Positions 47,351 through 58,500 of a stretch of DNA of 64,000 bases are shown in pieces; positions within the stretch are counted from its first letter, which is position 1; each line of letters begins with the position of its first letter. The DNA is from an uncultured virus (IMG/VR IMGVR_UViG_3300042465_005479) (lineage: Duplodnaviria; Heunggongvirae; Uroviricota; Caudoviricetes), in the IMG/VR virus record IMGVR_UViG_3300042465_005479; one strand, 5' to 3'. The translations under genes were made by a program, and so were the position numbers. The notes beneath the pieces were generated by a model. The model was not told the DNA's origin. It did no database searches and saw only the letters and a list, made by a program, of their open reading frames with translations.

Positions 47351-47989
47351 ATGCCAGATTTACCAATATCAGGATTACCCGAATTAACCGCTACAACCTC
47401 AAATGCAGAATATGCTGTTGAACTTTCGGGAACAACATATAAAATAAAACAATCAACATTAACACCGTTTCCGTTGGCATATGGTTTATTTGCCCAAACA
47501 GGTGATAGCGCTACGGTATCCGCAACCACTGTCGAGACTAGTGTAATAGGACCGGGTGTTGGGACTTTGTCTGTTCCTGCAAATAGTTTCAGAGTTGGTG
47601 ATTCGTTTCAAGCATCATTCGATGGCGTTTTGTCTTGCATTAACACCGCAACAATCCACGTTCACGTTAGAACAACTGGTGGGACATTACTCATTGATAC
47701 AGGAGTAATAGATTTGGATACCTCAACCTCAAAGCCTTGGTTATTAACACTATATTTCACGATAAGACAAATCGGGGGAACCACCGTTGCTTCAATATCA
47801 TCCGGTGGACTATTCTCCTACCTTAAAGATTCTGGACTTACCTATGAAGGATATCCATTAAGTGAGATTAATAATACGACATTTGACACCACAATAATCA
47901 ACACATTATCGGTGAATGTCCAATGGAATACCACTAATGCGGGAAATCAAATATTTTCAAGAAATTTTACACTTACTAAAATTTATTAA
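47351..47989 (+). CDS. putative tail fibre / virion protein
   Basis: MPDLPISGLP...GTTYKI N-terminal motif typical of fibre proteins; TATTTAT 47332-47338. Confidence 0.55.
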   Translation: MPDLPISGLPELTATTSNAEYAVELSGTTYKIKQSTLTPFPLAYGLFAQTGDSATVSATTVETSVIGPGVGTLSVPANSFRVGDSFQASFDGVLSCINTATIHVHVRTTGGTLLIDTGVIDLDTSTSKPWLLTLYFTIRQIGGTTVASISSGGLFSYLKDSGLTYEGYPLSEINNTTFDTTIINTLSVNVQWNTTNAGNQIFSRNFTLTKIY

Positions 47990-48168
47990 TCAATAGGTTT
48001 ATTTTCTCTCTTACCTAAATTTTCATATATCCTTAGAAGTTTTAAGGATTCGTAGTAATTTTTTTCTAATCTATCAAGTTCCTTCTCAGGAACACCTTTG
48101 TCACAAGCCGTTTCGTAGACATTTTTAGCCTCAGTAACAACATTTGATATTGTGTCTATAAGTTTCAT
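47986..48168 (-). CDS. small late protein with MKLIDTISNVVTE leader (start revised)
   Basis: TATTTAT 48173-48179. Confidence 0.65.
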   Translation of the reverse strand: MKLIDTISNVVTEAKNVYETACDKGVPEKELDRLEKNYYESLKLLRIYENLGKRENKPID

Positions 48169-48271
48169 ATCTATAAATATCAACTACCTCACCATTTATT
48201 AACAACAAATGTCAATTATATTTTAATAAAATCAAACTTTAGATTATTTATAGTAAAATAAAACTTGTATA

Positions 48272-48934
48272 ATGATATATTACTTTACTTCTTGCTGTGA
48301 TAGAACAAAGGTTTTTGGGGTTCCAAATAACTCTAACCCGTTTGTGCCTTGGAATGGTTTCACAGATACTGTTGGAACAACATACGGACTTGTTATTGGT
48401 TCATACTCAGGATGCGTAACATATAGTGGTAGTTCAAACACCGTTATCACAAACCCGCCTATACCATTAAAAAACGTATCCTCAACTCCTCCAATATTTA
48501 TTTCATATAGTTGTAATCAATGTATTATTTTATTTCCTTGTTATACACCACCCGTTGTTGTACCCCCTACAATCATAGGATATCAAAACGAATGTGGAAT
48601 TGTAACAATTTTACCAATGAGTGTAGTATGTGAAAGTTCTCCACCATCAGTTTGGGGTCTCGAAGATGGCGAAGTCTCGGTATCAATATCGGGAGGAACC
48701 GCCCCATATACCGTCACTTGGTTGAATAACGGAAATGTCTCACCAGCACTTGAAATGGTTGGAAATGGTTCATACACCGCAACTACGGTTGATTTTTATG
48801 GTGATTACACGGCAACAACAGTTTGTGAAATATTCACACCAAAAATTTGCACGTTTGGTGCTAGTATAGAAGAAACTTTTGTGGAAGAATGTCTTCCTAC
48901 GGTAATGTCCGGATACACATTTGATATAACTTAA
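48272..48934 (+). CDS. Cys-rich protein with SprB-like repeat
   Basis: DGEVSVSISGGTAPYTVTW; TATTTAT 48245-48251. Confidence 0.65.
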   Translation: MIYYFTSCCDRTKVFGVPNNSNPFVPWNGFTDTVGTTYGLVIGSYSGCVTYSGSSNTVITNPPIPLKNVSSTPPIFISYSCNQCIILFPCYTPPVVVPPTIIGYQNECGIVTILPMSVVCESSPPSVWGLEDGEVSVSISGGTAPYTVTWLNNGNVSPALEMVGNGSYTATTVDFYGDYTATTVCEIFTPKICTFGASIEETFVEECLPTVMSGYTFDIT

Positions 48935-48941
48935 AACATAT

Positions 48942-51197
48942 ATGCCAACAACATTTTCAGCAGCAACCTGTCTAACATCAAGTTTCGTTTCACCGGGACC
49001 ATTTAACATCTATTTAACCGATGATTATAGTTCAACACCCTTTAGTTCTGTAACAAAAAATCAACTTACAATTGGATGTCCATTTATTTTTAGTAATATT
49101 CCTACCGGAACAACCACCCTTTACTTAAAAGATGTTAACTTACTTTATTGTTTTACAATACCTGTTAGAGATAACAACATATGTCAAACTTGTAATTTAG
49201 GATTATCTAACTATTCTGCAACAACAATAACAAGATTGTCTTGTGGTTTTTTAACAGGGTCTTGTCAAAATATTACGGACTATGTTATTCATTGGTATGG
49301 TCCAAACGATACAACAACATTACAAAAAAGAACCGGATTTGGTTCAGTTTTTTCAGGACAATACGATATTCCCCACCCATTTTTGGGCATATCTTCTATA
49401 CCTTTACCCGAAGGTATTTACACCCCTATTATTCAAAAAGTAATTGTAAGTGGGTTAACTTTTTCAAACACAGGTGGGACCAATAGTATATTGTTTGATG
49501 GTAATTGTCTTCCAACAACAACAATACAACCATTAACTTGTTTTAATCAAACTAACACAAAAACTGAATATTGGGCTAGCGGTTATAATCATAACATTAC
49601 ATTTAGTTCACAAAGTCAAGGAATACCTCAACCAGTTTCATCAACATATGTGTTGTCTCCAACCACAAATTTTATTGCTTGGAAATTTCAAGGTAAAGCG
49701 AATCCGGATACAATTAAATTATCATTTAGAGGTAGTAGTTATCTTAATGATATTGGATTGGAAAATTGGGTAATTGGTACAAATAGTTCCAACGCATATA
49801 CTCCATCTTTAATCTCTAAATCAGCCGCAACCGCAAGTTATTTTACAAAAATAACTTGTTTAACAGGATTAACAAGAAATCCCGGTGATGAAATAATTAT
49901 TGATGTAATCCCCGCAGAAGCAAATACTGATTGGGACTTACTTATAACGTGTTTAGATAACTTTAATTGTAATAGTTGTGCATATACTAACCCATACAAA
50001 ATTATTGGTTCAACAATAACAGGAATTACAAATAATTGTAAAATAAACGTAAAGTTTACAGTGTCCGGATGTTCTTCAAATACTTTATTTAGTGAGGATT
50101 ATTTTAAGTATTACGATACCACCGAACTGAATGGTGTTAGTACATTATTTCAAGACGCTCAACGTATTTTATCACAACAACAATTTGGAGGTACATTTAA
50201 CAATATTAGATACGCAGACACAAATGGTAATTTACCATATGATAGTGCCGATTTTTATTATAATAATAAAGTTTGTACTTATGATTTTCAATATCCTCAA
50301 GGTGCCCTAACTAGTTGTAAAACAGACCCAAATGATATAACTTACAAAAAAACATTTTTAACTGATGGTAGCAATAGAGGAGTGTTTAGCATTACCGGTT
50401 CATCAACCGTAATATCAACATTTTACGATTCTTGGATAGCCGCCATCAACCTTTCAAACTCATTAGGATATAACCCTAATAACACAAATTTGGGGTATTA
50501 TAGATATTTTGGTTGGTATTTTCCAAAAACGAATCACCCACATGCTTGTGGTGACCAAAGTGGTACAAACGCGGCACTAATTCACCCATCATCAACGGTA
50601 TTAACCGGGACAACATCAGGCGGAAATTACTTTTTTAATATAACCGCAAATACAATCACAAGCGGATATACCATTTCTACTTGTGATATCGATTGTGTAT
50701 CACGTATTAGTGGGGTATTATCGGTTGTTAACGATTCTTCAACCGGGAATACACAATTTAATCAATACTTTTCTGCCAATACAAGTTTTGGTTGGTATGG
50801 TATCTATTATGCCCCCGTATTTGAATTTTTATATTATATCACAGCACTCACAACCACATTTTCAGCACAAACAATAGGAGAAAAAATATTTACCAATGAT
50901 TGGTCAACAAGTACATACCCATATTCAGGAACATCACCTTCAATAATACCATCATTATCCGGTTCTGTATGTAACTTTAATAATCTTGGTTCTGAAGGGT
51001 CTTTTCAAGGGGGTTTCTACAACAACACATTATTATGTCAATATACAACATTATACCCTAATTCTGCCGATACTAGTAGTTTTGAAATATGGGCAACCCC
51101 AATTATTAATTATGTTCCAACACCGCCAGATGTATTAGCATACAGATATTCAGGTGGAAATGTTACATATTCATCATCAACATATATAATCGGATAA
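48942..51197 (+). CDS. putative tail fibre / receptor-binding protein, paralog B
   Basis: Shares LTGSCQ, YTPII.K, AWKF.G...PDT, TNWD/TDWD and YYR motifs with 44567-46753. Confidence 0.55.
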   Translation: MPTTFSAATCLTSSFVSPGPFNIYLTDDYSSTPFSSVTKNQLTIGCPFIFSNIPTGTTTLYLKDVNLLYCFTIPVRDNNICQTCNLGLSNYSATTITRLSCGFLTGSCQNITDYVIHWYGPNDTTTLQKRTGFGSVFSGQYDIPHPFLGISSIPLPEGIYTPIIQKVIVSGLTFSNTGGTNSILFDGNCLPTTTIQPLTCFNQTNTKTEYWASGYNHNITFSSQSQGIPQPVSSTYVLSPTTNFIAWKFQGKANPDTIKLSFRGSSYLNDIGLENWVIGTNSSNAYTPSLISKSAATASYFTKITCLTGLTRNPGDEIIIDVIPAEANTDWDLLITCLDNFNCNSCAYTNPYKIIGSTITGITNNCKINVKFTVSGCSSNTLFSEDYFKYYDTTELNGVSTLFQDAQRILSQQQFGGTFNNIRYADTNGNLPYDSADFYYNNKVCTYDFQYPQGALTSCKTDPNDITYKKTFLTDGSNRGVFSITGSSTVISTFYDSWIAAINLSNSLGYNPNNTNLGYYRYFGWYFPKTNHPHACGDQSGTNAALIHPSSTVLTGTTSGGNYFFNITANTITSGYTISTCDIDCVSRISGVLSVVNDSSTGNTQFNQYFSANTSFGWYGIYYAPVFEFLYYITALTTTFSAQTIGEKIFTNDWSTSTYPYSGTSPSIIPSLSGSVCNFNNLGSEGSFQGGFYNNTLLCQYTTLYPNSADTSSFEIWATPIINYVPTPPDVLAYRYSGGNVTYSSSTYIIG

Positions 51198-51200
51198 TTT

Positions 51201-52496
51201 ATGAGCACAGAAAAATATTACACAATAAAAATAACGGGGACAACGTCATCACCGGGACCATACACAATTTATCTTGATAGTGTCTTTGGAACCGTTGCAA
51301 CACTTTATCCTGTTGCCGCCCCAGCAACAGGTTTATCATTACCTTTATTACAAGCGGGCGTAACAATAAAAACTAACACCACACCAAACTCAATTTTCCT
51401 TTACAATACGTATTGTGGTAACAATTTATCATTATTACCACCGGTGAATATTACTTATAATCCATTCTGTTTATCATTTGAATCTAGTTATTTAGGAACT
51501 GTTGTACATAAAACTTTCATACCAAATGGTTTAGTTGGTGGATACCCTTCTTGGAAGGATAATGAATTGAATTCAACAATTACAATCACTTGGGACGCAA
51601 CTCTGAACCCCGCTAGATTTGTAATAAATAATTATCAACCGGGGGGAACAGGTAATGTTATCTCATCAAAATATCCAACTAACTCAACATCAAACCCACC
51701 AAGTAATTGGCAGAGTGTTGGGGGGGTTTCAGTATACTTTACCCAAACTTTAGGTAATTGTCCCGTAATACAACAAGGTAATTTTAGAAGAAGTGTAAAC
51801 CAACCTACGTGTATATGTGACGGTAGTATTATTTTTAATGTTGATTTAGATAACCCACCTTTCAGTTATTCAATTGATAATGGTGTAACCTATTCATCAT
51901 CTCCAATATTTACAAACCTTTGTAGTGGAACTTATATTTTAGCAGTTCTTGATTCAATTGGGAATGTTCATTTAAGTACGGAAATAGTAAAAACTGAAAT
52001 CCCATCAACAACGTATACAATATCTCTTTACACAACTAATACAAAACCGGTTAACAATAATGTGTCGTTAGCAAATTCATATCAAACAACAGTAGTAGTG
52101 AACCCACCGTTACCTAACGGAGCAACAATAACTTTTGATTTAATACATAACAATAATTTCTATTCATCACCTAATAGTGGAACATCAATACTAACCACTT
52201 CAACATTATTATATAAAAATGGTGATGAAGTATTATTAACAAGCACTTCAAATAGTGTTAATCAATCTGTTAATACCGCCGCAGGATGTCAAACGGATTA
52301 TGTTTACCAATCAAATATTAGTGATGTTTGGAGTTCATTAACAATCTCTAATAGTGATACAATAACAATCTCTACATCATCAAGAGTTGACAAAACAACA
52401 ACAGGAAAATGTGTTGTTGGATATAGTAACGATAACTACTCAATTAGTAATCCGGTTATTAGTGGATGCGATTGTTGTTCAATAATTATTAACTAA
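51201..52496 (+). CDS. putative virion protein with SprB-like module
   Basis: QPTCICDGSI...PPFSYSIDNG...FTNLCSGTY. Confidence 0.55.
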   Translation: MSTEKYYTIKITGTTSSPGPYTIYLDSVFGTVATLYPVAAPATGLSLPLLQAGVTIKTNTTPNSIFLYNTYCGNNLSLLPPVNITYNPFCLSFESSYLGTVVHKTFIPNGLVGGYPSWKDNELNSTITITWDATLNPARFVINNYQPGGTGNVISSKYPTNSTSNPPSNWQSVGGVSVYFTQTLGNCPVIQQGNFRRSVNQPTCICDGSIIFNVDLDNPPFSYSIDNGVTYSSSPIFTNLCSGTYILAVLDSIGNVHLSTEIVKTEIPSTTYTISLYTTNTKPVNNNVSLANSYQTTVVVNPPLPNGATITFDLIHNNNFYSSPNSGTSILTTSTLLYKNGDEVLLTSTSNSVNQSVNTAAGCQTDYVYQSNISDVWSSLTISNSDTITISTSSRVDKTTTGKCVVGYSNDNYSISNPVISGCDCCSIIIN

Positions 52497-52523
52497 TAAT
52501 AAAACACAGAATATTTATACAGT

Positions 52524-54947
52524 ATGGCATATATAATTAAAAACACATCAGCGTTAATTAGTACAAGATTAACCGACACAGCTAGACAAAAACTATCTGA
52601 AGGTAATTTTAACATTTCGTATTTCCAAGTTGGAGATAGTGAAGTGTCTTATAATACACTAACCGGAACATCTTACAATCAATCTAGTAACAATATATTA
52701 GAACCTAATTTTAATTCACAAAATTCCGCTCCGGGACAAAGTAATAAACAAAATGTAAAATATCCAATTTACGTTGACCCTGATGACAGTAATACGTTTG
52801 GTATTCCATTTTCAGACCCAGCGGTTTCTCCAATATATAATAGAGCAACAATGAGAGGTTTTTTTAGTGGAGATTCATCCACATCTAATTGGAGTGCATT
52901 AACCGATACTAACTATGTGATTGATTCTAACTACGTTGTTGATATTTCAACATTTACCGGAGGAACAAACATTAAAATAATATACTCAGCTTGCGGTGAT
53001 TCAACCATTGTTAGATTACCAGCTAAAGGTGATTTAATAACAATTTATTTTGACGGTAATTCAAGTTCTTGTACCACTGAACCAATTTCTGTTACCCCAA
53101 CACCGACACCAACACCGACACCAACACCATCATACGACGCTTGTATCATATATCCAACACCAACACCGTCATCATCTTGTTGCGTTACAACACCAACAGG
53201 TTGTACTCCAACACCAATTATTAATAGTTTTGTAAATGTTAATAGTTGTTACAATATATTAACATACAGAATTGTCGATATTTGTTTAAATGTTGTAACA
53301 TTAGATAGAGTAACACCAAACTATTCATATATTGCCTCCGGATGTTCTTATGTTAGAACATTAGTGTATCCGCCAAATATGACTGATTTATATGACAGTA
53401 TTACACCGTCACCACATTGGAACACTGATGTAATTAATTATGAATCTGTTTGTAATACAGACGAATTTGACGTTAAAGTTTGGAATATGAATATTCCTTG
53501 GTCGGAGAATCCTGCGGGATTAATTGACACTATTTCTCAAGATTATAAAACATTTAACTCTAAATCATACATTGGAACTAAAGAATATTTAGGATATATG
53601 TCCGATAGTGGACAAACTTTTGTTAATATGGCGGGCGATGTTGAAGATTCAGTTTATTACTACGACTCATTTTACAATAAAATAACAGTCGCACCTAAAG
53701 AACAAAAAGCTATCGCAATTATTCATTACACAAACCAATCTATTGATTTCTTTTATGGTGAAAAATTTGCATTAGAACAACCTATTAGTGGAACAATCCC
53801 TGAAGATATTACAGGAGACGCTAGAAACTTTAAACTACATTTACCTTGGTTAATGTGGCATAAAAACCCTGAATGTTGTTTTGGTGAAACATTTTATGTT
53901 AGTCCACCTGAAGACAAGGTATTAATTAACGTTTTTGAACCTCACTATATTAAATCAACAAAAAGTAGTGATATGAATAATCCGGGTATTCGATATTATT
54001 TTTTATGGGACACTCACCAAAATAGTAGTAGTGGATTACCAAATAGAGTTGGTAAAGTATTCCCTGACCAAAAAATAATAATTATAGATGATGAAGAATT
54101 GATTGCGGCGTTATCATATAAATCAAACCGTAACTGGACTTTACCGGCAGCAACAACATCACTAATCGTTCCAAATAGTTGTAGTTCAAAAGAAGGGTCA
54201 TTTAATGGTGTATTAACAAGTGCTAATCAAACTATGTATGTTAGTTATTTATTAACAAATACAACCTCAGGAGCAACTAATTCATTACATTGTAATTACT
54301 ACTCAACCATATCCGGACCAAACGTTGACTGTGGAACTCCGGGTAGTCAAAACGTTGCTGTTAGATTTGGTGGAGAATTTAATTGTTTAAATCAAATAAC
54401 AAATAATTCACTTTTTGGTGGTTATATTGCAAATAAATTTCAAATTATTTGTCAAATAGTTGAGGACGGTAGTAGACCTTTGTCAAACGCTTGGACAATA
54501 ATTAACTTTACAAACCAATTAAGTGCGTCAACAGTAAATGGTTATATAACTCAAAGCGGATTAACAGGGAACACATTTGTTATAACTAGCGATATGCTTA
54601 ACTCTACTGTCGCAACAAAATACAACTTAAATAATTACATTTCATTACCACCTAAAACACCAATAAATCTTACAACACCTACTCTTAATTTTGGTGACGA
54701 ATATTATTTCTATGGTTCATTAGAAACCGACATCCAAGCAACTATCTATGAAATGAGATATAAGATAAACCTTGGTCAAGCAGAATTTCAACGTTCATCA
54801 AACCCAACTTGGTCACAAGGTGTCTCACCATATATTTCAGAAATTGGGCTTTACGATGACAAAATGAATCTTATGATTGTATCAAAGCTACAATCACCTA
54901 TTCTTAGACAGGGGATTCAACAGTTTTTAGTAAAATTTGATTTTTAA
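52524..54947 (+). CDS. tail-collar/baseplate-associated fibre protein
   Basis: N-terminal LTDTARQKL...F.VGDSE and C-terminal ISEIGLYD...LMIVSKL..PI motifs; TATTTAT 52512-52518. Confidence 0.65.
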   Translation: MAYIIKNTSALISTRLTDTARQKLSEGNFNISYFQVGDSEVSYNTLTGTSYNQSSNNILEPNFNSQNSAPGQSNKQNVKYPIYVDPDDSNTFGIPFSDPAVSPIYNRATMRGFFSGDSSTSNWSALTDTNYVIDSNYVVDISTFTGGTNIKIIYSACGDSTIVRLPAKGDLITIYFDGNSSSCTTEPISVTPTPTPTPTPTPSYDACIIYPTPTPSSSCCVTTPTGCTPTPIINSFVNVNSCYNILTYRIVDICLNVVTLDRVTPNYSYIASGCSYVRTLVYPPNMTDLYDSITPSPHWNTDVINYESVCNTDEFDVKVWNMNIPWSENPAGLIDTISQDYKTFNSKSYIGTKEYLGYMSDSGQTFVNMAGDVEDSVYYYDSFYNKITVAPKEQKAIAIIHYTNQSIDFFYGEKFALEQPISGTIPEDITGDARNFKLHLPWLMWHKNPECCFGETFYVSPPEDKVLINVFEPHYIKSTKSSDMNNPGIRYYFLWDTHQNSSSGLPNRVGKVFPDQKIIIIDDEELIAALSYKSNRNWTLPAATTSLIVPNSCSSKEGSFNGVLTSANQTMYVSYLLTNTTSGATNSLHCNYYSTISGPNVDCGTPGSQNVAVRFGGEFNCLNQITNNSLFGGYIANKFQIICQIVEDGSRPLSNAWTIINFTNQLSASTVNGYITQSGLTGNTFVITSDMLNSTVATKYNLNNYISLPPKTPINLTTPTLNFGDEYYFYGSLETDIQATIYEMRYKINLGQAEFQRSSNPTWSQGVSPYISEIGLYDDKMNLMIVSKLQSPILRQGIQQFLVKFDF

Positions 54948-54950
54948 CAT

Positions 54951-55550
54951 ATGAAAAAAACATTAAAAGAAAGCCCTAAAGTTTTAGGGCTTGATGTATC
55001 AACCAAAACTATTGGTTGGGCATTATTTGACATACAAAGTAGAGAATTATTAGAACTAACCCACGTATCACCAACACCAAAACCAAAGGAAGATAATAAA
55101 ATAAAAGAACTACTTCTTAAAGGTGAAATCTTTAGAACCAAACTTTTAGAGTACAAAGATATGGGTATCACTAAAGTTATTATTGAGGAACCTCTATTAA
55201 ACTCAAATAACGTCTATACAGTCCAAACTTTATTAAGGTTTAACACATTAGTCACAAAAGAAATTTACGACGTTTTAGGGGTAGTTCCTGACTTCATATC
55301 AACATATAACTCTCGTAAGTTCGCCTTCCCCGAATTAGTTAAAGAAAATGATAAAGGTAAGTTTGTTTTATTTGGTGGTCTACCAAAAGACATTGATAAA
55401 AAACAAATCATATGGGAATTAATAGCCAAAAAAGAACCCCAAATCACTTGGCAATACACAAGAAACAACACTCTTAAAAAAGAGAACTTCGACCAAACAG
55501 ACGCTTATTGTTGTGTCTTAGGTCATATGAATCAAGAAAATTTATGGTAA
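54951..55550 (+). CDS. ruvC: RuvC-like Holliday junction resolvase
   Basis: VLGLDVSTKTIGWA, VIIEE, DQTDAY. Confidence 0.8.
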   Translation: MKKTLKESPKVLGLDVSTKTIGWALFDIQSRELLELTHVSPTPKPKEDNKIKELLLKGEIFRTKLLEYKDMGITKVIIEEPLLNSNNVYTVQTLLRFNTLVTKEIYDVLGVVPDFISTYNSRKFAFPELVKENDKGKFVLFGGLPKDIDKKQIIWELIAKKEPQITWQYTRNNTLKKENFDQTDAYCCVLGHMNQENLW

Positions 55551-55551
55551 T

Positions 55552-55581
55552 AAAAAAACCCCCAATTAAGGGGGTTTTTTT
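55552..55581. terminator. bidirectional terminator
   Basis: AAAAAAACCCCC-AATTAA-GGGGGTTTTTTT. Confidence 0.9.
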
Positions 55582-55586
55582 ATTTA

Positions 55587-58500
55587 TTAACAGAATGGGT
55601 ATATACAACCTGCAGTAAATGTTGAGTAGTTACTATCAATAACATTACCATTTAATAATGTTGCCGATATTCTTATTCTATAATTATGAACCGGATTTGA
55701 AGGTGGACAAGGTCCATTCCATCCATTAAAATTATCACCTGAACCATAATCTGTTGGTTGAACATTACCACTATTCCAATTACCATTTATAGGTATGTTT
55801 AATTGGGTCGGGTCAATATCCGTCACCCACCAATGGATGAAATATCCATCAGGACTACTACCTGAAGCATCTATATCTTCACAAAGTATTTCATAACTCA
55901 CAACATTTGAAACATCGAACGAATTTAAAATCCAATTCATCTCAGGAGAGTCATTAAATTGGTAACAAAACGATGAATAATACGCTGTTGGAATAACATT
56001 TCCTTCAGTATATGTGTTACTGTATAATGTTATTGATGGTTCTCCCTTTTTACAAGTTGAAAAGATATCAATGTTGTATTGAGTGGTTGATTTTTTATCA
56101 CACCTAACCGTATACACAAAACCAATTTCACTATTACTACTTGTTTGAGAAAATACTGATGCTCCATTATACGTAACATTTAAAGTAACCACACTATTAG
56201 TTACATTTGGTGTTAATACAATTTTTACAACGTCACCCTCATTTGTACCTAAAGTACTAATAAATACATTAGCGTCAAAGGTTGAATCAAATGAATAGAT
56301 TAAAATATCATTAATATATATATTACCACTTGCGTTAGACCTAGCACAATCACTCCAATTTCTTAATTTAGTAGGACAGTTTGATTTAACAGGAACAATA
56401 ACAGTATCTAACAGTTTAACACATTCTTCACAAGGTTTAACCCCATCACTACCTGTATATATTGTTGGCGACACATCGTCAAACCAATTATAATCATAAG
56501 TTGTTCCACCCCAATTGTTCTCTAATTGAGCTAAATCACTAGAAATCTCTTTCAATTCCCAACAAAGTTTATTTGTAAAGTCCAAAATAACACCACCAAC
56601 AACGTTACCCGGAACCGCAGGAACCGGTTGAATAACTACAGTAGTTTTATTCGGTCTTTCTCCGCATATTAAATAAGCGTAATACGTTTTCTTAGAAGAC
56701 GGTGTTGGAGTCATTGTCATTGTTTGAGTTGGGGTTTGAGTTTGAGTTGGAGTATTTGTCGGAGTTTTAGTTGGAGTCTGAGTAGGAGTTTTAGTTTGAG
56801 TAGGGGTTTGAGTATTTGTAGGCGTAACTGTAGCCGTATTTGTTGGTGTTGGTGTTGGAGTTGGAGGTATAGACCCAATTGTTGGTGTTTGACTTGGAGT
56901 ATGAGTTGGTGTTTGTGTTTGAGTTGGCGTATTTGTCGGAGTTTTAGTTGGTGTTTGAGTTTGGGTAGGCGTAACTGTCGTAGTATTTGTAGGAGTAGGT
57001 GTTGGTGTAAGACAACCAAATTCACATTCAATATCGTAATCAATTCTCATTTTAATTAAAACATTAGAATTATGTAACGATTCCGGTTCACAATTTGTTG
57101 AGATTGTTATTTCATTTGTTAATGGATTAATATCAACATTTCCCGGACCAATTTGAGGGCACGATTCAATCAATGATGCGATTGTTGAGTACCATAAATT
57201 ATCTGAAGGGTAATCCTGCAATGTAGACCCTGTATAGAATGTTGCGGAATTAACACAGTCACCAATGACTGTTGACGCTGAGAATATTGTTTGAGTTAAA
57301 AGACAATTTTCATTCCCTATAATTAATTCGGCATATCCCTCATTTAAATATTGTCTAGGACCTGAGTAAATTTTCATAGGTTTGTTTAATTCACCTAAAC
57401 AAACATTAGAATAACCTACTTGGTTTTCGTAGACTTTATCTCCCCTAATACCCATTCTTTTCGCTTTTGAACACCCTGAACTATCTACAATTCTAACCTC
57501 ATAATCACCCGGAGGTAAATCAGTTATTTCCATAACAGTAGTTCCAACAGTATCTCCATCAAAATATAATGTAAACGGTGGTGTCCCGTTTGTTATATAA
57601 GATGTTAACGAACCATTACTATTAATAGAGTCAGTACTTAATAAATGAAAATCAATAGTATTTGAACCATCAATGGTAAACGGAGATGATTGATTACATA
57701 ACAATGCGTCTGTCACATTTGCAATATAATTACCTGAAAATAAATTAGTAAAAGTGTATGACGTAAATGAAGTTGATATAGATTTACCATTAATTGTATA
57801 CAAATAAGGTGGAGTTCCACCTGAAGTTATTTCCAATTTAACCGACCCATCTTTTCCGTTACAAGTTGTTCCGGTTGTGGTAACTGTTAAATCATACACA
57901 ACATCATTATTAATGACGTAAGTCCCCATAAATACACATAAAGCAGAACCTGAATCAGATACTGTTAATGAATATGTTCCTGACGATAAAAAATCAAAAA
58001 TCCAAGTACCACTATCTGATGGTGTTTGACTGTCTGAATTACCGTCAGAATCTGTTAAAGTAAATGTATAAGGAGCAACCCCACCAAAAACTTGAATAGG
58101 ACCTATTGCTCCTGATGAATCATTACACTTTGAGTTTCTTGTATTAACAGAAACTGTAGATATCCCCATAGGAACTTGTAGAGTAACTGTTGCTGTAAAC
58201 GTACATAACCCGGCATCAGTAACTTGAATTGTAAATCCTCCAGCACCCAATCCACTAAAGACAACAGTTCTGTCAAAAGTAATATTTGTTACACCATTTG
58301 ACCCTAAGTAATAAAATGGTGGTGTACCGCCGGTTATAGTTATACTAACTTCACCATCACTACTAAAACAAGTCGGTTGTGTTAAATAAGCAACACCAAA
58401 ACCAACGGGTTCTATTTTACCAACAAACCCACTTTTACTTATACTACATCCTGTATTATCTGTAACTGTCACAGAGTATGTCCCTGTCGATAAATTAGAA

